Assembly: GCF_009914755.1 (NCBI RefSeq)
Contig: NC_060946.1
Length of the DNA stretch: 64,000 nt
From: the human T2T-CHM13v2.0 reference genome, Homo sapiens
Reading direction: 5' to 3' (one strand)
A program made the position numbers and the translations under genes. The stretch's first letter is position 1; each line of letters starts with the position of its first letter. The notes below the pieces were generated by a model. That model saw only the letters and a program-made list of their open reading frames with translations, made no database searches and had not been told where the DNA came from. This document shows positions 12,991 through 29,159 of this stretch, piece after piece.

Positions 12991-14364
12991 CTCTGAAGCA
13001 CGATGTTGTCATCTATGTGTGTCATATATAAATGGTATCTCCTGGAGTGGCAAGGTGATGGTCATGGGGTAAACCTCATTGACTGATTAAACAGATGCCA
13101 TTAATTAAATAATTCACAAGATATTTATAGAACACCTTGTTGGTACCAGCCACTGTCGTAGGTCCTGAAGAAACAGTGAAATGGAATGAGCTAGCTATGG
13201 AAGAATCAGAAACCTGCCCTTGATTATGTCGAACTTTGTAGTATTTCTTGAATTTTCTTTATTTCCTTCCTGTCTCTGCTACTATTTAGTAAAGGCTTTG
13301 AAAATTGCAATCCCCTCTTCTACTTGCTGATAAAAAGCACTTTCTCCCAATTCTGATTATAGTAAGAATATAGCTAACATTTACTGAATACCTATTATCT
13401 TGCAAAGGTATATGTGTGCGGTGTCACTCCAGTTCTGTGATTGTGCTTACTATGGTCAGCTTTGGTTTACATAAGGTCAAACAGTTTCAATGAGTTGCCG
13501 AAGGTTACCTGGAGAATTAAGGCAAAGGTAAGATCTATATTGGGATCTGCTTGATTCCATAACCCAGTGCCTAATCACTAGGAAATACTGCCTGGGTCAC
13601 CTCCTCAATAAAAGTTGGCCATCCATTGAAATAACGAACAGTGAAAGGAAAACCTTTCCTTTGGGCCAGATAATGAATAATGGAGGAAGAGTGTCCCCTT
13701 GGACATGAGGAAGGGGTAACTATGGAAAATAATGAAGAAAAACATTTCATGTAAGAATTCCTTTGGTTGACAACCTCTTGCCCACCTGGAGGATTTCATT
13801 CCAGAGCTTTTCTCTATTCAAATCCTACAACCTGCATTTTGGATTCAGAGTCAAAGCTGTTTCATTAGAAGCAGAATCTTGGAGAATGTGAAGCATCAGG
13901 ATAGTTGGAGAAAAGAATGTCTTCCAGACTCAAATGCCACCATTTCAGTGAGGAATTCCTTTTCCTTTCCACTTCCTCCAGATACACAGAGAGAATGAAT
14001 AGTTTCTCCTTGCGTCCAGAGCACTTTACACCTACCCAGAACCTATAGTCCTCATCACAGGTATTTCCAGTTATTATTATTCACTCATCTGCCATCCTCA
14101 TTACACAGTAAGGAGATGTATTACCATATTAACTTATATTATCACTAGTGTATCCTCAGCCTAGCATAGATCCAGGCACAGAATAAGTGGTCGATTAAAG
14201 TTTGTTTTGTTCCAGAGGATATACTTTCAACGTCTAATAATAATAGCTTCCAATTTAACAGTTCCACTTGGGTGCCAACTATATGCTGGGCATTGTGATC
14301 TATTTCAAAGATCTTAGTTCCTTTGTTCTCACAACAAAGATTTTGTAACATTATTCCTATCAGA

Positions 14365-15579
<1,215 letters not shown>

Positions 15580-15869
15580 ATGGCCACATGGCTTGTAAGA
15601 GAGAAGGAGGATCTAGATGTGCTTCTCTCTTATTCTAAAGTCCATGCTGTCTCCTTGTACTCCACTGTTTTATTAATCGAGGGTGCTCAAGGTATGTTTG
15701 CTGTTTATGATGCTGCTGCCAATATTCTCAGGTTAATTATTTTCTTTCTTTCAATTCAGGAGCCATTTAATTCTTATAGCTCTAGCATTTTCGTGTAAGT
15801 GTTTTAGTCTGGTGGCTGACATTTAGTAAGTATTTACATATAAGAAGATGATTATTCTTTTGTTCACTT

Positions 15870-16090
15870 ATTTCTAACCTTTATTAAGTGTTTACTATGC
15901 GGCTGGTATTGTATTCTGTGCTTTATCTGAATTTCCTGATTCCCAGCACTGCGACAGGATACAACTAATTTTTATTATTCCCATTTACAGATGAATAAAT
16001 AGGGTCTTAAAAAGATTATGCATCGTTTCCAAAAGTCATGCAACTGGTAAGTGTTGGACCAAAGAGTCACTGAGGACTGATTCCCTAATG
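15870..16090 (-). mobile_element. MIR
   Basis: ttattattcccatttacagatgaataaat core. Confidence 0.65.
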
Positions 16091-16984
16091 GATGACCCTA
16101 ACTTTTAAACTTACTTGAGTTACTAAATTCGAGCCAATGTGCACCCCCAAAAGAGTTAGTTTAACTTTTCAGATTAAAAGGAAACTTAGAGGTCACTACT
16201 GCTGCAAATAATTAGCTCAGGCTCATTTGAAACTCACTCCCTTAACAAGATCTGGTGTGATAATTCTAACTTCACATCAAAGGTTGGAAGAAATTTCTTC
16301 TAGGACAAGTAACGCTTGGAGTAAATGGTTCTTTCCCATCTAGAATGAATTAATGAAGGCAGAAAAGCACTATGCAATCATATTTTACATATCATTTTTT
16401 CTATGGATTAGCTTCTTGATGGTGTTTTTAATTATTTAAAAGTATTGAGAAAAAGCTCAAAACAACAGGTCTTTCCTATCTCTGGCTGATTTCTGTCTGT
16501 TATGGGCCATCCATTAAAGTCACCTGGGGTTGGTTACCTAGGAAATGGCTGACACACTGGGGCTTTTAGATTGGTCACCTGATTTATGCCAAGAAGATGA
16601 GTCATGTGATGGGAATTTAGTTGCTTCTAAGTGGAAGAGTAGAAATTGCTGAGCATTAAAAAAGAACCACTGGAACCTTCATCCTCCTTCCTTAATTTTA
16701 AAGATGAAACAAATGATTTTCTTTCAGGGAGATATAGATATCTAAATTCATCTCCAGAGGAAGGGAGTCTAATGATTCCAAGACCATCTCAGACTTCATG
16801 GTTATGAGACACTATATTCAAGGGGTGTGTGTGTGTCAGTGATAAAAGCAGACACAGCTACCTCTTAGGTTAATTCCTGTGCAGCCTGTTCAGTTTCTCT
16901 GACAGCTAAAACACTGTTATCTGTATGATAAATAGAGAATTAAAATTCATCAGGAATGAACAGAACTGATCAAATTTGGAGTTT

Positions 16985-17026
16985 CTTTTTTTTTTTGTAG
17001 AGATGGGGTCTTACTTTGCTGCTCAG
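16985..17026 (-). mobile_element. Short Alu/FLAM fragment
   Basis: T-tract + gtagagatggggtcttactttgctgctcag. Confidence 0.7.
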
Positions 17027-17470
17027 AGAAAAATAAAGAAAACTAACATTTGCCAACTAGTAACTGTGAATAGTACCTTCATTTTATATCTCATTTAATC
17101 CTAAAATGAAAAAGATATTAGTATAATTTTTAGAATTTTCTTCACCAAACATTTATTGAGCACTTTATATATGTCTGCAAGAAGGTTTAGAGAAGATAAG
17201 TAACTTACCTAAGGATTAGAATTTATTTTTGTTCTTCTCCAAATGTTTTTTCCCAATCAGTGTATTACTTTTCTGCAGGGTATTTTTATATCAGAAAAGA
17301 AAAGTGGAAAGTTAATGAACAATATGGAAGTATTACTGGAAGAAGTTATCTAGCTTGCAAAACTCAGATGTTCATGCATGCACACACAATTTTCCTTTTT
17401 TCTAAAAATTCCTCTAGCAGGTCAAAATTACTTTGGAAATTGCCATCTCTCTTGAATTTGCCTACCATGA

Positions 17471-17798
<328 letters not shown>

Positions 17799-17809
17799 AA
17801 AAGCAGCAA

Positions 17810-17990
17810 ACTTTTATGAACTATTTACATGTGTTAGGCATTGTGCTGAATACATAATCTCCTCAATGCCAAGGCAACCCTGTAAGAGAGGAGCTATAAT
17901 TACCCCACATTACAGACAACAGGATTAAGCTTTGGAACAGTTAAGTGACAAGTCCAAGGTCATGCCCCAGTAAACGGCAGACTCATTTTG
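17810..17990 (-). mobile_element. MIR
   Basis: ttaccccacattacagac..gttaagtgacaagtccaaggtca. Confidence 0.6.
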
Positions 17991-18894
17991 TTCATTTTTT
18001 GGTACCTAGGTCCAACTCGAGTTCATTCTCATAATTACTGTAACATTTGCTTTCCCTTTGAGCTAGAACTGATTTTCTTCACCAGCAAGTGGGAGTGGAC
18101 ATCAAAGATTTTTAAATGAAAATTATGGGAGGAAAATTGAAAGCGCTCTGCATTAACATAGTTCCCCTGCAAATGAAGACATTAATATGATCCAATTTTG
18201 TCAGGAGAACCCCTCAATTCAGAGTATGGAACGTGTTTTGCTGCAGCAAATTTTAAAACCAACATTCTGTGCAGAATTCTCAGGCATCTTCACATCTCCA
18301 CGTGACAGACATTTTATATTCCCTAACGTGGTGCCAGGACAGGTACCGCTCATGATGGGGTTAGGGAATTTCTTGCTGTGAGGTTTAAATAGGATAATGC
18401 ATGTTCAATACCTAGAAGAATACTTAGCCCAAAGTGAGCATCAACACATGGTAACACTCCATGTACAATAACAACCACTGTATATCATAGAATTCATTTA
18501 TGTAATAATGATACACCGATACTATTAATTTCAAGACTTATAACCACTTCTCCCCATCTCTTGAAAAAAAAAAATAATCCACTGGCTCTGAAATTCCACC
18601 ATCAAAGCTTTGTTCCTTTCCCTTTAGGCTCCAAGGCTTTCTAAAGTGCAACTAGTCCAGGGAAGTTGTCAGCGATGTCAACCTCAGAGAAAATGAAGGG
18701 TTTCAACCAGGCTTAACTGAAGGGAAGCGAGGGAAGATCACAGAGGCAGGGTGTTAGAGCAGGGAGGGCCTTTGGGAGCACAGAGTCTTTTTTCCCTATC
18801 ACCTGATGGATGAAGAAACTGGGATGCAGAGAGAGCTGGTGAGCTGATCTTTCTTCTTTAACGTTTGTCCCATTCTCCACCAGGAGTGAAGATG

Positions 18895-18928
18895 CGTGTG
18901 TGTGTGTGTGCATGTGTGTGTGTGTGTA
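18895..18928. repeat. Interrupted (TG)n
   Basis: Direct inspection. Confidence 0.9.
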
Positions 18929-18956
18929 TGCTTACTTATTTTATGCATTGGGGGAG

Positions 18957-19533
18957 TGTTTGAGTCACTAATGTTGCGTAACAAACCACCCCACGCTGAG
19001 TGGTGTAAAACAATGCCCATTTTGTTAGGCTCACAGATTATGTGGGTTGGGAATTCATGCAGGGAACAAAGGGGATGGTTTGTCTCTGTTCCACAATGTT
19101 TGGGGCTTCACTTGAGGACACTCAGACAACTGGGAGCTGGAGTCATATGGAGGCTCCTTCACTCACATGTTATCATCTGGTCCTTGTGCTAGGATGACTC
19201 AGAGGCTGTGCACAGCTGGGTCTGTCAACAGAGCCCCTCTATGTGGGCTCTCCATGTGGCATGAAGGCTCATTTCCGACAGGGAGTGTCCCCAGAGGGAG
19301 CATTCCATGAAAACCAGGTGGGAGCTGCCTGGCCTTTTCTTACCCAGTATTGGAAGTCACAGAGCACTTCTGCCGCATGCTGCTGGTTACAAGGAAGTCC
19401 TACAATCAGCTCAGATTTCAAAAGGAGGAGAAATGGATCCGACCTCTTGACAGAGGAGTGTCAGGGTCACATTGTAGAAGAGCCTGAGGGATGGAAATGG
19501 TGCTGCCGTCTTTGGAAAATACAATCTGGTCCA
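18957..19533 (-). mobile_element. MLT1H/I-like MaLR LTR
   Basis: gcgtaacaaaccacccc start, ggaggctccttcactcacatg, gccgtctttggaaaatacaatctg end. Confidence 0.75.
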
Positions 19534-19599
19534 GGGAGGAAAGCAGAAATTTATAACTTTTCCATCATTTAAATAGACCTTTAAAATGTCTCTCTTGTC

Positions 19600-19909
19600 A
19601 GCCAGGAGTGGTGGCTCATGTTTGTAATCCCAGCACTTTGGGAGGCTGAGGCAGGAGGATGATTTGAGGCCAGGAGTTCAAGACCAGCATGGGCAACACA
19701 GGAAGACCCTGTCTCTACAAAAAATTTAAAAATCAGCTGTGTGTGGTGGCTCAGGCCTGTAGTCCTAGCTACTCAGGAGGCTGAAGTGGGAGGATTGCTT
19801 GAGCTCAGGAGTTTGAGGTTGCAGTGAGCCATGATTACACCATTGCACTCCAGTCTGAGCAAAAGAGTGACACTCTGTCTCAAAAAAAAAAAATAAATAA
19901 ATAAATAAA
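19600..19909 (+). mobile_element. AluJ
   Basis: gggaggattgcttgagctcaggagtttgagg J-type right arm; (TAAA)n tail. Confidence 0.93.
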
Positions 19910-20459
19910 CCCAAGAAGTCCTGAATGTCTAAAATTCTCTCTTTCCATTCTCCAGGCACCTAGCTCTCCCCCCAGACATCTTCAGTTCTGGCTCTGAGTG
20001 GGATAAAGTGAGTTCTTGGATTCTCAAAGCCTCCCATTCAAGCCCAGCCCCTAAGAGGAGCAGGGCCATTGGGCAGTTTCCTCCCTGCAGCAGGTTCCCA
20101 GACAGGACCAGGTAGCTGCGTGGAGCACCAGGAAGCTCACTGGGCCCTGGGGAGACATTGGTCCAGCAGGACTGCCATGTAGGAATTCATGGGTGTGAGA
20201 GGGAGCCTGAACAGGTGAGGCTGTAATAAAGTGAAAACTTGACATTGTTGGCAACGGGAAGAAAATAAAATTGTGTGTAGGTGCCTGTGTATGAGCGTAT
20301 GGGTGCATGTTGCTGAGACTGGGAGAAGAAAAAAAGACCCCCAAGGAGATGAAAAGGCTTGGGAATCAGGCTAGCAATGCTAGAGAATCCAGAAACTGCT
20401 GTTCTTGGGATTAATTTTTCCAGGTCAGCACTCATTCAAGAAAGGAAAGAAACCAGCAA

Positions 20460-20640
20460 GGGTTGAGAACCTACTGGATGTCACACACTCTGTTAATTAC
20501 TTTTACAAATTTTCTTATTTAATTCTCTCAGCTAATTGACTAAGTTGGAAAGGCTAGTAGCCTCATTTTATATCAAATGATCAAACTTTATATCAAACTT
20601 GATCAAAGTCACACAGACATAAGTGCCAGAATCTAGAAGA
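20460..20640 (-). mobile_element. MIR
   Basis: cttatttaattctc..ctcattttata..aaagtcacacag. Confidence 0.55.
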
Positions 20641-20704
20641 CAAGACATTTCTTGGTACTCCTGCACCTGTGATATTATAAGAAAACCTACTTCTTTTAAA
20701 AGCA

Positions 20705-22525
20705 TTAAATAAATGAGAAGATATTCCATGCTCATGACTTGGAAGAATTGATATTGTTAAAATGTCATAGTACCCAGCAATATCTATAAAAATGACATTC
20801 TTCACAGAAATAGAAAAAACAATCCTAAAATTTATATGGCATCACAAAAGACCCTTAATAGCCAAAGCAACCTTGAGAAGAAAGATCAAAGCTAGAGGCA
20901 TCAAATTACCTGACTTCTGAATATGCTGCAAAGCTATAATGATCAAAATAGCATGGTACTGGCATAAAAACAGACACATAGATCAATAAAACAGAGTAGG
21001 GAACACCAAAATAAATCCCTGCACATACAACCAACTGATTTGAAACAAAGGTTTCAAGAACACACAATAGAGAAAGGACATCTCTTCAATAAAGTGTCTG
21101 GGAAAACTGGATATTCACATGCAGAAGAATAAAGCTAGACCCCCTATCTCTAACCACATGCAAAAATCAACTCAAAATGGATTAAAAACTTAAGTGTGAG
21201 ACCTAAAACTATGAAACTACTAGAAAGAAACATAGACTTCATCACATTGATTTGGGCAAGGGTTTTTTGGATAGGACCTCAAAAGCACAGACAACAAAAG
21301 CAAACATAGACAAATGGTATTACATCAAACTAAAAGCTTCTGCACAGCAAAGGAAACAAGTAACAGAATGAAAAGACAATCTATGGAATGGGAGAAAATA
21401 ATTGCAAACTATGCATCTGACAAGGTGTTAACATCTAGGATATATAAGAAACTCAAACAACTCAATAGCAAAAAACCAAAAAATCTGTTTTAAAAATGAG
21501 CAAAAGACCTGTTTAGACATTTCTCAAAAGAAGACATACAAATGGCCAACAGATATGTGAGAAAATGTTCAACATCACTAAGCACCAGGGAACTGCAAAT
21601 CAAAAATGCAACAAGATACCATCTCCTTCCAGTTAGAATGGCTATTATCAAAAAACACACACACACAAATGCCAGCATGGATGTGGAGAAAGAAACTCTT
21701 ATACACTGTTGGTGGAAATGAAAATGGCAAAGCAATTATGCAAAACAGTAGGGAGGCTACTCAAAAAATTAAAAATAGAACTACCATATGATCCAGCAAT
21801 CCTACTACTGGGTGTATAGCCAAAGGAAATGAGATCAGTGTGCCGAAGAGATATCTGCACCCCCATGTCTATTGCAGCACTGTTTACAATAGCTAAGATA
21901 TGGAATCAACTTAAGTGTCTGACTATAGATGAATGGATAAGGAAAATGTGATATATGTATATATCCAAGTATGTATACATATATATATATATATTTGTAT
22001 ATATATCCATATATACAATGGAATACTATTCAGTCACAACAAAAGAATGAAATCCTGTCATTTGGAGCAATATGGATGAACCTGGAGGACATTATGTTAG
22101 GTAAAATAAGCCAGGCACACAAAGACAAATACCACACTATTTCACTCATATATGGAATCTAAACATTACATTGATTTTGTATAAGTTGAGGGTAGAATAA
22201 TGGATACTAGAGGCTGGGAAGGGTAAGGAGGCAGTAGAGAGAGACTGGTTAACAGATACAAAGTTACAGTTAAATAGGAGAAATAAGTTCTGGTGTTCTA
22301 TTGTTGACTATGGTCAACAATATTGGATTGTATATTTCCAGTAGCTAGAAGGCCAAAATTTGAATGTTCTCACCACAAAGAAATAATAAATGTATGAGGT
22401 GATGGGTATGCTAAAACCCTGATTTAATTTGTACACAATGTATACATGTATCAAAACATCACACTGTACTCCATAAATATGTACAATTATTATGTGTCAA
22501 TTAAAAACAAACAAAAAATATAATT
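20705..22525 (+). mobile_element. 5'-truncated L1MA (MA5-MA8-like): ORF2 C-terminal part and 3'UTR
   Basis: Degenerate ORF2 3' half, 3'UTR ending tatgtacaattattatgtgtcaattaaaaa; TSD-like AAGCATT(A/G)AAT. Confidence 0.92.
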
Positions 22526-22759
22526 TTTAAGAAGCATTGAATTTCTCTCTTTACAGACAATATTATATGAAAAATCATAAAAGAGACAAGAAATAAGTAG
22601 TTATGGTTGAAGCAGGGATGGGAGACTAGAGACCCACATGGCTGACCTCTCTTTAGACCCAAAATGGTAGCCCCCAGTAGGTCTGGGGAACCGGGTTCCA
22701 TAGGACACTGTTTGAAAACTCAGTTAGTTAGTATCTTTAGTAGCCCCAAACAAGACACC

Positions 22760-23200
22760 ATAATGTGCTCTCCAGGCTCTTTGTTCATACGCTGAACTAC
22801 CTGAAGGCATTCCTCTCTCTTTATCCATCCAAATCTTGTTCATTCTCCAATGCCATATCCTCAGGAGATCTTCCCCAGGGTTGGTTTATTTTCTTTCTCT
22901 ACATTCTTGCCTCTGGAGAGCTATAATAATTTCATGGCTCTACTTAGCTCCATGTAATAATATAGTTCTCCAATTTATAACATCAGTTCACTATTTCAGC
23001 CATCTCCTTTGAGTTCCTGACTCACATATCTAAAATTCTACTAGACATCTCCACACAGGTGTTGAGTGGGAATGTAAAACTTAACATATTCAAAATAGAA
23101 CTCTTGACTTTCCATTCTCATTCTCTTCCCAAACAAGGATTTTGTTAATTTTTTTTTCTTCTCATCTTCCTTATAAATGGTACCATTGTCCATCCTGACC
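22760..23200 (+). mobile_element. L2 fragments
   Basis: ctactagacatctccac..aaacttaacatattcaaaatagaactc motif. Confidence 0.6.
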
Positions 23201-23889
23201 ATCGTGAGATGGTTTCCAAGACCCGAGTCCCAAGGCAGTGGCCAGGTTTGATTCTGCTTCAGAGCATTCTTCAATATTGAAGTGGCTGCAATGGAGAGAG
23301 TAGATAATATCTCAGCTTGAGGTAGATTGTGCCAATGATAACACTGTCAGTAATTAGAGCAGGACTGACTCATTCCCCGCTCCTCAAGCAGGCTAGATTC
23401 ATAGTGGGAAAGGCATACCCCAGGAGCCAGGAGACTCAGAACACAGAAGATCTGATATATTTCAGCAGAAGTTAGCTACTGGTGAAAATTCCTGAGATCC
23501 TGAGAGTCTGGGCTCCCCTTCACCCTGGGAGACATTAGTGTAATTGTCATAACTATGTTTGTTCTTGGACTGAGCAGAGACTTCCCCGCTGGATTTAACC
23601 TTCTTGAGATTTGTGGTCATGACATGGTCTTCATATCATCTGCTCTCATACCTTGTGTATAATTGCTTCTCAACAAAGATATGAGATTGATTTGCTTATT
23701 TATATGCCATAAACAATGGATAACAAAGCTGGTACATTAATGTGATTTCATATTTGGATATAAATTCACCTTCTTAGAGGAAATGACATCTAAAAAGACT
23801 GAATGCTTTGCACAACTGTACCTCAAATTTCTGTACCTTGGTGCATTGTTTGTACATTACTCAGATAACATAGCATAGGGAAGGGAGAG

Positions 23890-24185
23890 GAACTAAAATT
23901 TGTTAGGCATGCCCTTGGTGCTGTGATATTTATGTATGTATTTTGTTTCACTCTCACCACAGTTCATTGAGGAAAGCAAAGCTAAGAGAGGCCTAATAAA
24001 CTGATTAGGTTCACCTTGCTAGTATAAGTAAAAGGGTCAGAATTTGAATCTGGATTGAGTTGATTCCAATTTATAGGCAAGGAAGCTAAGGTTCAGAGAT
24101 AATTAGCAATGTCTTCAAGTTCAAAGCCAAGACATGTGTCTATATCTGTCTGATTCTTAAAACTATGCCCATTCCATTGTATTAC
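23890..24185 (-). mobile_element. Two MIR fragments
   Basis: tgaggaaagcaaagct.. and aaggaagctaaggttcagaga cores. Confidence 0.55.
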
Positions 24186-25524
24186 TTCTCCCATCAATGC
24201 CAATTCCATCTCTGATAACGTTGATCCTGATAGGATGAACTATATGAGAAGTATTGGATCCAGTTCTCTTGACTAAAGGCAAAAATCTGAGAATAATTTC
24301 CCGTAAGAAAGTTGCTAAGCCCTGATATCTTCTAGGAATATTGAAAATGGAATGTAGTTGAAAGAATTGGTAAATGCCTATTATAATTTGTCAAACATTT
24401 ATGCCTCCTCTTAGTTACCTTCTTGCTGGAAACAAATAGTGTTGTTCTGAGGTACTGAAAGAAATGTTTTTACAGTGGAAATATCAATTTATTTCCATAA
24501 TAGAAAATTGACTATGTTATTGATCAATATGTCCCATCTGCCAAGTCTTCCTAATTATAAATTTGAAAGGTGCACCTAGTAGCATAGTAACTGTCAAACA
24601 ACTATTGATGGAAAGCTGTTGCTATAAGTCTTGATACGGGTTCCTCTAATGACAAACTGACAAAGAATGAGACAGCAAATTAAATATGTTTCATTTACTA
24701 AGTAAAGTGTTTTTGTCCAAATCTCTCTCCTCAGAGTTGATTAACAAAATAATCCCGTGAACTGTTTACTCCTCCAGAGACGTAGGACCTCACCAAGTGC
24801 CAGCCCTGAATAATGCTTACAAAACTGATATCTTGCATCTCAGATTAAAGCTGTGCTAATTTTAAAAATCAACTGGTTTATGTAGCTTTTTATTTTTGCT
24901 ATCTGCTCAGAGATTCTTACCATCTTCATTCTGCTTCACTTTATGCACAATAATTTTCTCACTTAAATGTCAACATCTCCAATAATATTATCCAAACAGA
25001 TTGTTACATGAGATTTCAAAAAACATTTTGTATGTTTTATCTGCAATTAAAAATCTCTAGATGGTTCCTTATCATGATTTCCACTCTAATTTGGCAGGGA
25101 TTAAAGCTTTAGACTGTCACAGGCCAACACTAGGTCAAACTGGATGAACTTCTGATGAACACACACTGTAGAGACTAATAAACTCTAATTACACCACAAC
25201 CCTCTTCTGAAATGGACACTTCCAATTCCATACACCACAAATATTGGCCCAGAATCAAAGATGAATTCTAAATGAATGCTTTTATTTCATCTTAGATAAC
25301 AGAAAGAAGTCCCGTTGAAGATGGGAGAGAAAGGAAGCTACCTCCATAGAGTCATGTGCCTAGCATCAAATGTGAAGGGTAAAGGTGGGAACCCAGTTAC
25401 CTCTGAGTCCCTCTTGTGCCAGGTACCCACAATTACAAGGTCAAAATAATGTCTTTCTCATTCAGACTGTTCAGCATTCGTGTGCCCTTTAAATCGGAAG
25501 CCACGCATCTTTCTTTAGCTGTGA

Positions 25525-25889
<365 letters not shown>

Positions 25890-26459
25890 CAGCAGGGTCG
25901 TTTCTTCTGAGGCCTCTCTCCATGGCTTGCAGGTGGCTGTCTTCTCTGTGCATGCCCACATGGTCTTCCCTTTGTGCACGTCTGTGTCCTCATCTCCTCT
26001 TCTTATAAGGACACCATCATATTGGATTAGGATTCACCCATTTGACCTCGTTTTACCATAATCACCTCTTTAAAGACTTTGTCTCTAAGTACATTCATGT
26101 TCTGTGGTACTGGGGGTTGTTGTATAGATGTTATGTTAAAGAATTACTTCATCCCCATGTGACCATCTCACGTCATAATCAAATGACCCTAAATCCCTCA
26201 CTAACCTACCCCTGCCCTCACTAAACTTAATAATAAATGCTGATATATCCAGTGCATCGGCGGCACCACAGGACCAGAAGGCAGTGACCCCCATGGACCC
26301 AGCTTTCACTATCTTGTGTGTGTCTATTATTTCTCGACCTGCCGATCCACCTGGGAACAAAGAAAGAGCCCTGCTGCATTGTGGGCTGCTGGCCAGATCC
26401 CACGATAGTTGGGGCTTCAACATATGAACTGAGATGGGGGCAAAATTCAGCTCTTAACA
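25890..26459 (-). mobile_element. MLT1B-like MaLR LTR, one end missing, split by LTR3-like insert
   Basis: tttcttctgaggcctctctcc..cttataaggacacca..cttcaacatatgaa..attcagctcttaaca. Confidence 0.85.
26120..26407 (+). mobile_element. 3' part of ERVK-class LTR (LTR3 / HML-6-like)
   Basis: AATAAA then ggacccagctttcactatcttgtgtgtgtctattatttctcgacctgccgatcc..gctgctggccagatccc end. Confidence 0.7.
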
Positions 26460-26749
26460 ATGTCTGACAATTAGTAGTTATTCAATAAGTGTTAGTCCCT
26501 CTTTTCCTTCTATCATGTGTATTGCCTTCTCCTGCCCATCCTTGCAATAATCACTAGCATTGTGGTAAGAATACCATAGGTACTAAGTATATTTTTATAA
26601 ACAAATTATACTTAGAATAAGTGTGAAATGCCTTTACAGAAGAAAAAAAAAGGCTAGTCTTGCACAACATACAGGTAAAACTTATTTAACTATAAAGCTA
26701 TCCTTTTGTATTTAATTTTTCCCACATTCTTTTAAGAACTAAGAAAATT

Positions 26750-26980
26750 CAGTTTGGGAGTCTAAGGAGGGAGTATCACTTAAGTCCAGGAGTTTGATAC
26801 CAGCCTGGGCAACGTAGTAAGACCCTCTGACATGTGCCTGTAAGCCTAGGTACTTGGGAGGCTGAGGCAGGAGGATTGCTTGAGCCTAGGAGTTTGAGGT
26901 TACAGTGAGCTATGGTCATGACACTGAACTACAGCCTGGGCAACAGAGAGAGACCTTGTCTCCCACCACCACCAAACAAA
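26750..26980 (+). mobile_element. AluJ, 5'-truncated and internally deleted
   Basis: J-type arms without middle A-tract; TSD AAGAACTAAGAAAA(A)TTCA. Confidence 0.9.
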
Positions 26981-27305
26981 AGAACTAAGAAAAATTCACT
27001 GAGTAGCTTCTATCTGCTGGGCACATGCTTGTCTCATTTAATGACATCAACCTGCTTGGTTGGGCATTGTTCTTCCCATTCTGAGATGAGGAAAGTGGAC
27101 ATCGAAGGCATTAATTACTTGCCAAGGCACTGGGTGAGGACAGCTTTGTGGATACCAAGATGGGGAAGACTCTGGCTCTGACCACAAAGCACTTACCATA
27201 GAGTGAGAGGGACCACATTCTGCAGCTGACTCAAAAGCCAATTAGAAGGTGACAAATGCCATAACTGAGTTTAAATCCAAGGCTTTTGGGGGTACACTCA
27301 TTTAA

Positions 27306-27589
<284 letters not shown>

Positions 27590-27631
27590 TAGTCTTTTTT
27601 TTTTTAAACAAAATTTTACCCTTCCCTAAAG

Positions 27632-27786
27632 TAGAACCAAGGTACAACGTTCCCTATACATTCTGCTTTGTGGAAGATTCTGTGGCCTTCTGGATGGATT
27701 CCTTCTGTGCTGACTGAGATAAAGAAGGAGGGAGATGAATAGGAGGAGGATGGGTGGAGCAGGGGTGGCGCTCAAGGTCAGGAAAG
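27632..27786 (+). other. Candidate non-coding exon
   Basis: Acceptor ttttacccttccctaaag|(tag|), donor AAG|GTAAGT; stops in all three frames. Confidence 0.3.
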
Positions 27787-28034
27787 GTAAGTAACTTTTT
27801 TTTACCATTAGAGGCATGAGTGCATACATGGAGGTCCTATTATCCAGCTGCAGCATGGTATTTGCCCAAGAGGGAATAAAATGAAAGCCACATGAAGACC
27901 CAGGATGGCAAAATGCTTTGCAGATGAGTGAAGCATTTAAATACTTGATACTTAATATCAGCAAGTCATCCCATATTTAATGACTGACAAACAAGAACTG
28001 CTGAGGATAGAGAATCAGGTCCCGGTTTTGGATT

Positions 28035-28250
28035 AGAGGCAGTATAGAATTATGGCAAGATCTTGGGCTTTGGAAAGGTCAGGCATACTCTGTTGCTGTG
28101 ATATTCTTGGTGTGACCTTAAGCAGGCCGCGTATCCTGTCTGGGGCTCAGTGTTCTCATCTGTAAAACAAGAATGCAAACACCTAATTGAAGGGTGATGT
28201 GGGGTTAACTGAGATGAGTGATACAGCCCTGTTGGAAGCTGGGGAGTAAA
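28035..28250 (+). mobile_element. MIR
   Basis: tgtgaccttaagcagg..ctcagtgttctcatctgtaaaa core. Confidence 0.75.
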
Positions 28251-28717
28251 TCTCATCTTCCCAACTTAATGTGCCGATTATTCACCAGACTGCCAAGAGC
28301 ACTCCTAAAGCCCTCACAAGTCTCTGTTCCTGCTGCCATTGCCCTTCTTCCTCCACTCATCATCTTTTGTCTGGATGGAAAGGGTCACCTACTAAATGTC
28401 CTCCCATCTCCAACATGCAAATTTAATAATACCCTTCATCTGTGTAGATTCTTTCTTTGACATACAATTATCTCCAGAGTGAAATTCACACGTCTTTGTG
28501 GGGTATGTGGGCTCCTCCCCATTTACTCTTTGCTTGCTCTTTCCCCTCTTCCCCTGTCTCACCCCTGCCCCATCTGCCTCTCCTGTTGGAGAAACACCAT
28601 GTCCTCTCTAAAATGCCTTTTTCCCACTCCTCACAGCCGCCTACGTTTTTTTTCCTGTTCAAAGTTTTAGCTTAGGCCATGTGAAATGGAACTGTCAATT
28701 TTTCTAAACTTTCTTCA

Positions 28718-29106
<389 letters not shown>

Positions 29107-29159
29107 TCAGATATATAGTAAGTGCTCAGTAGATGGTTACTACTACTATACTACTTTTA

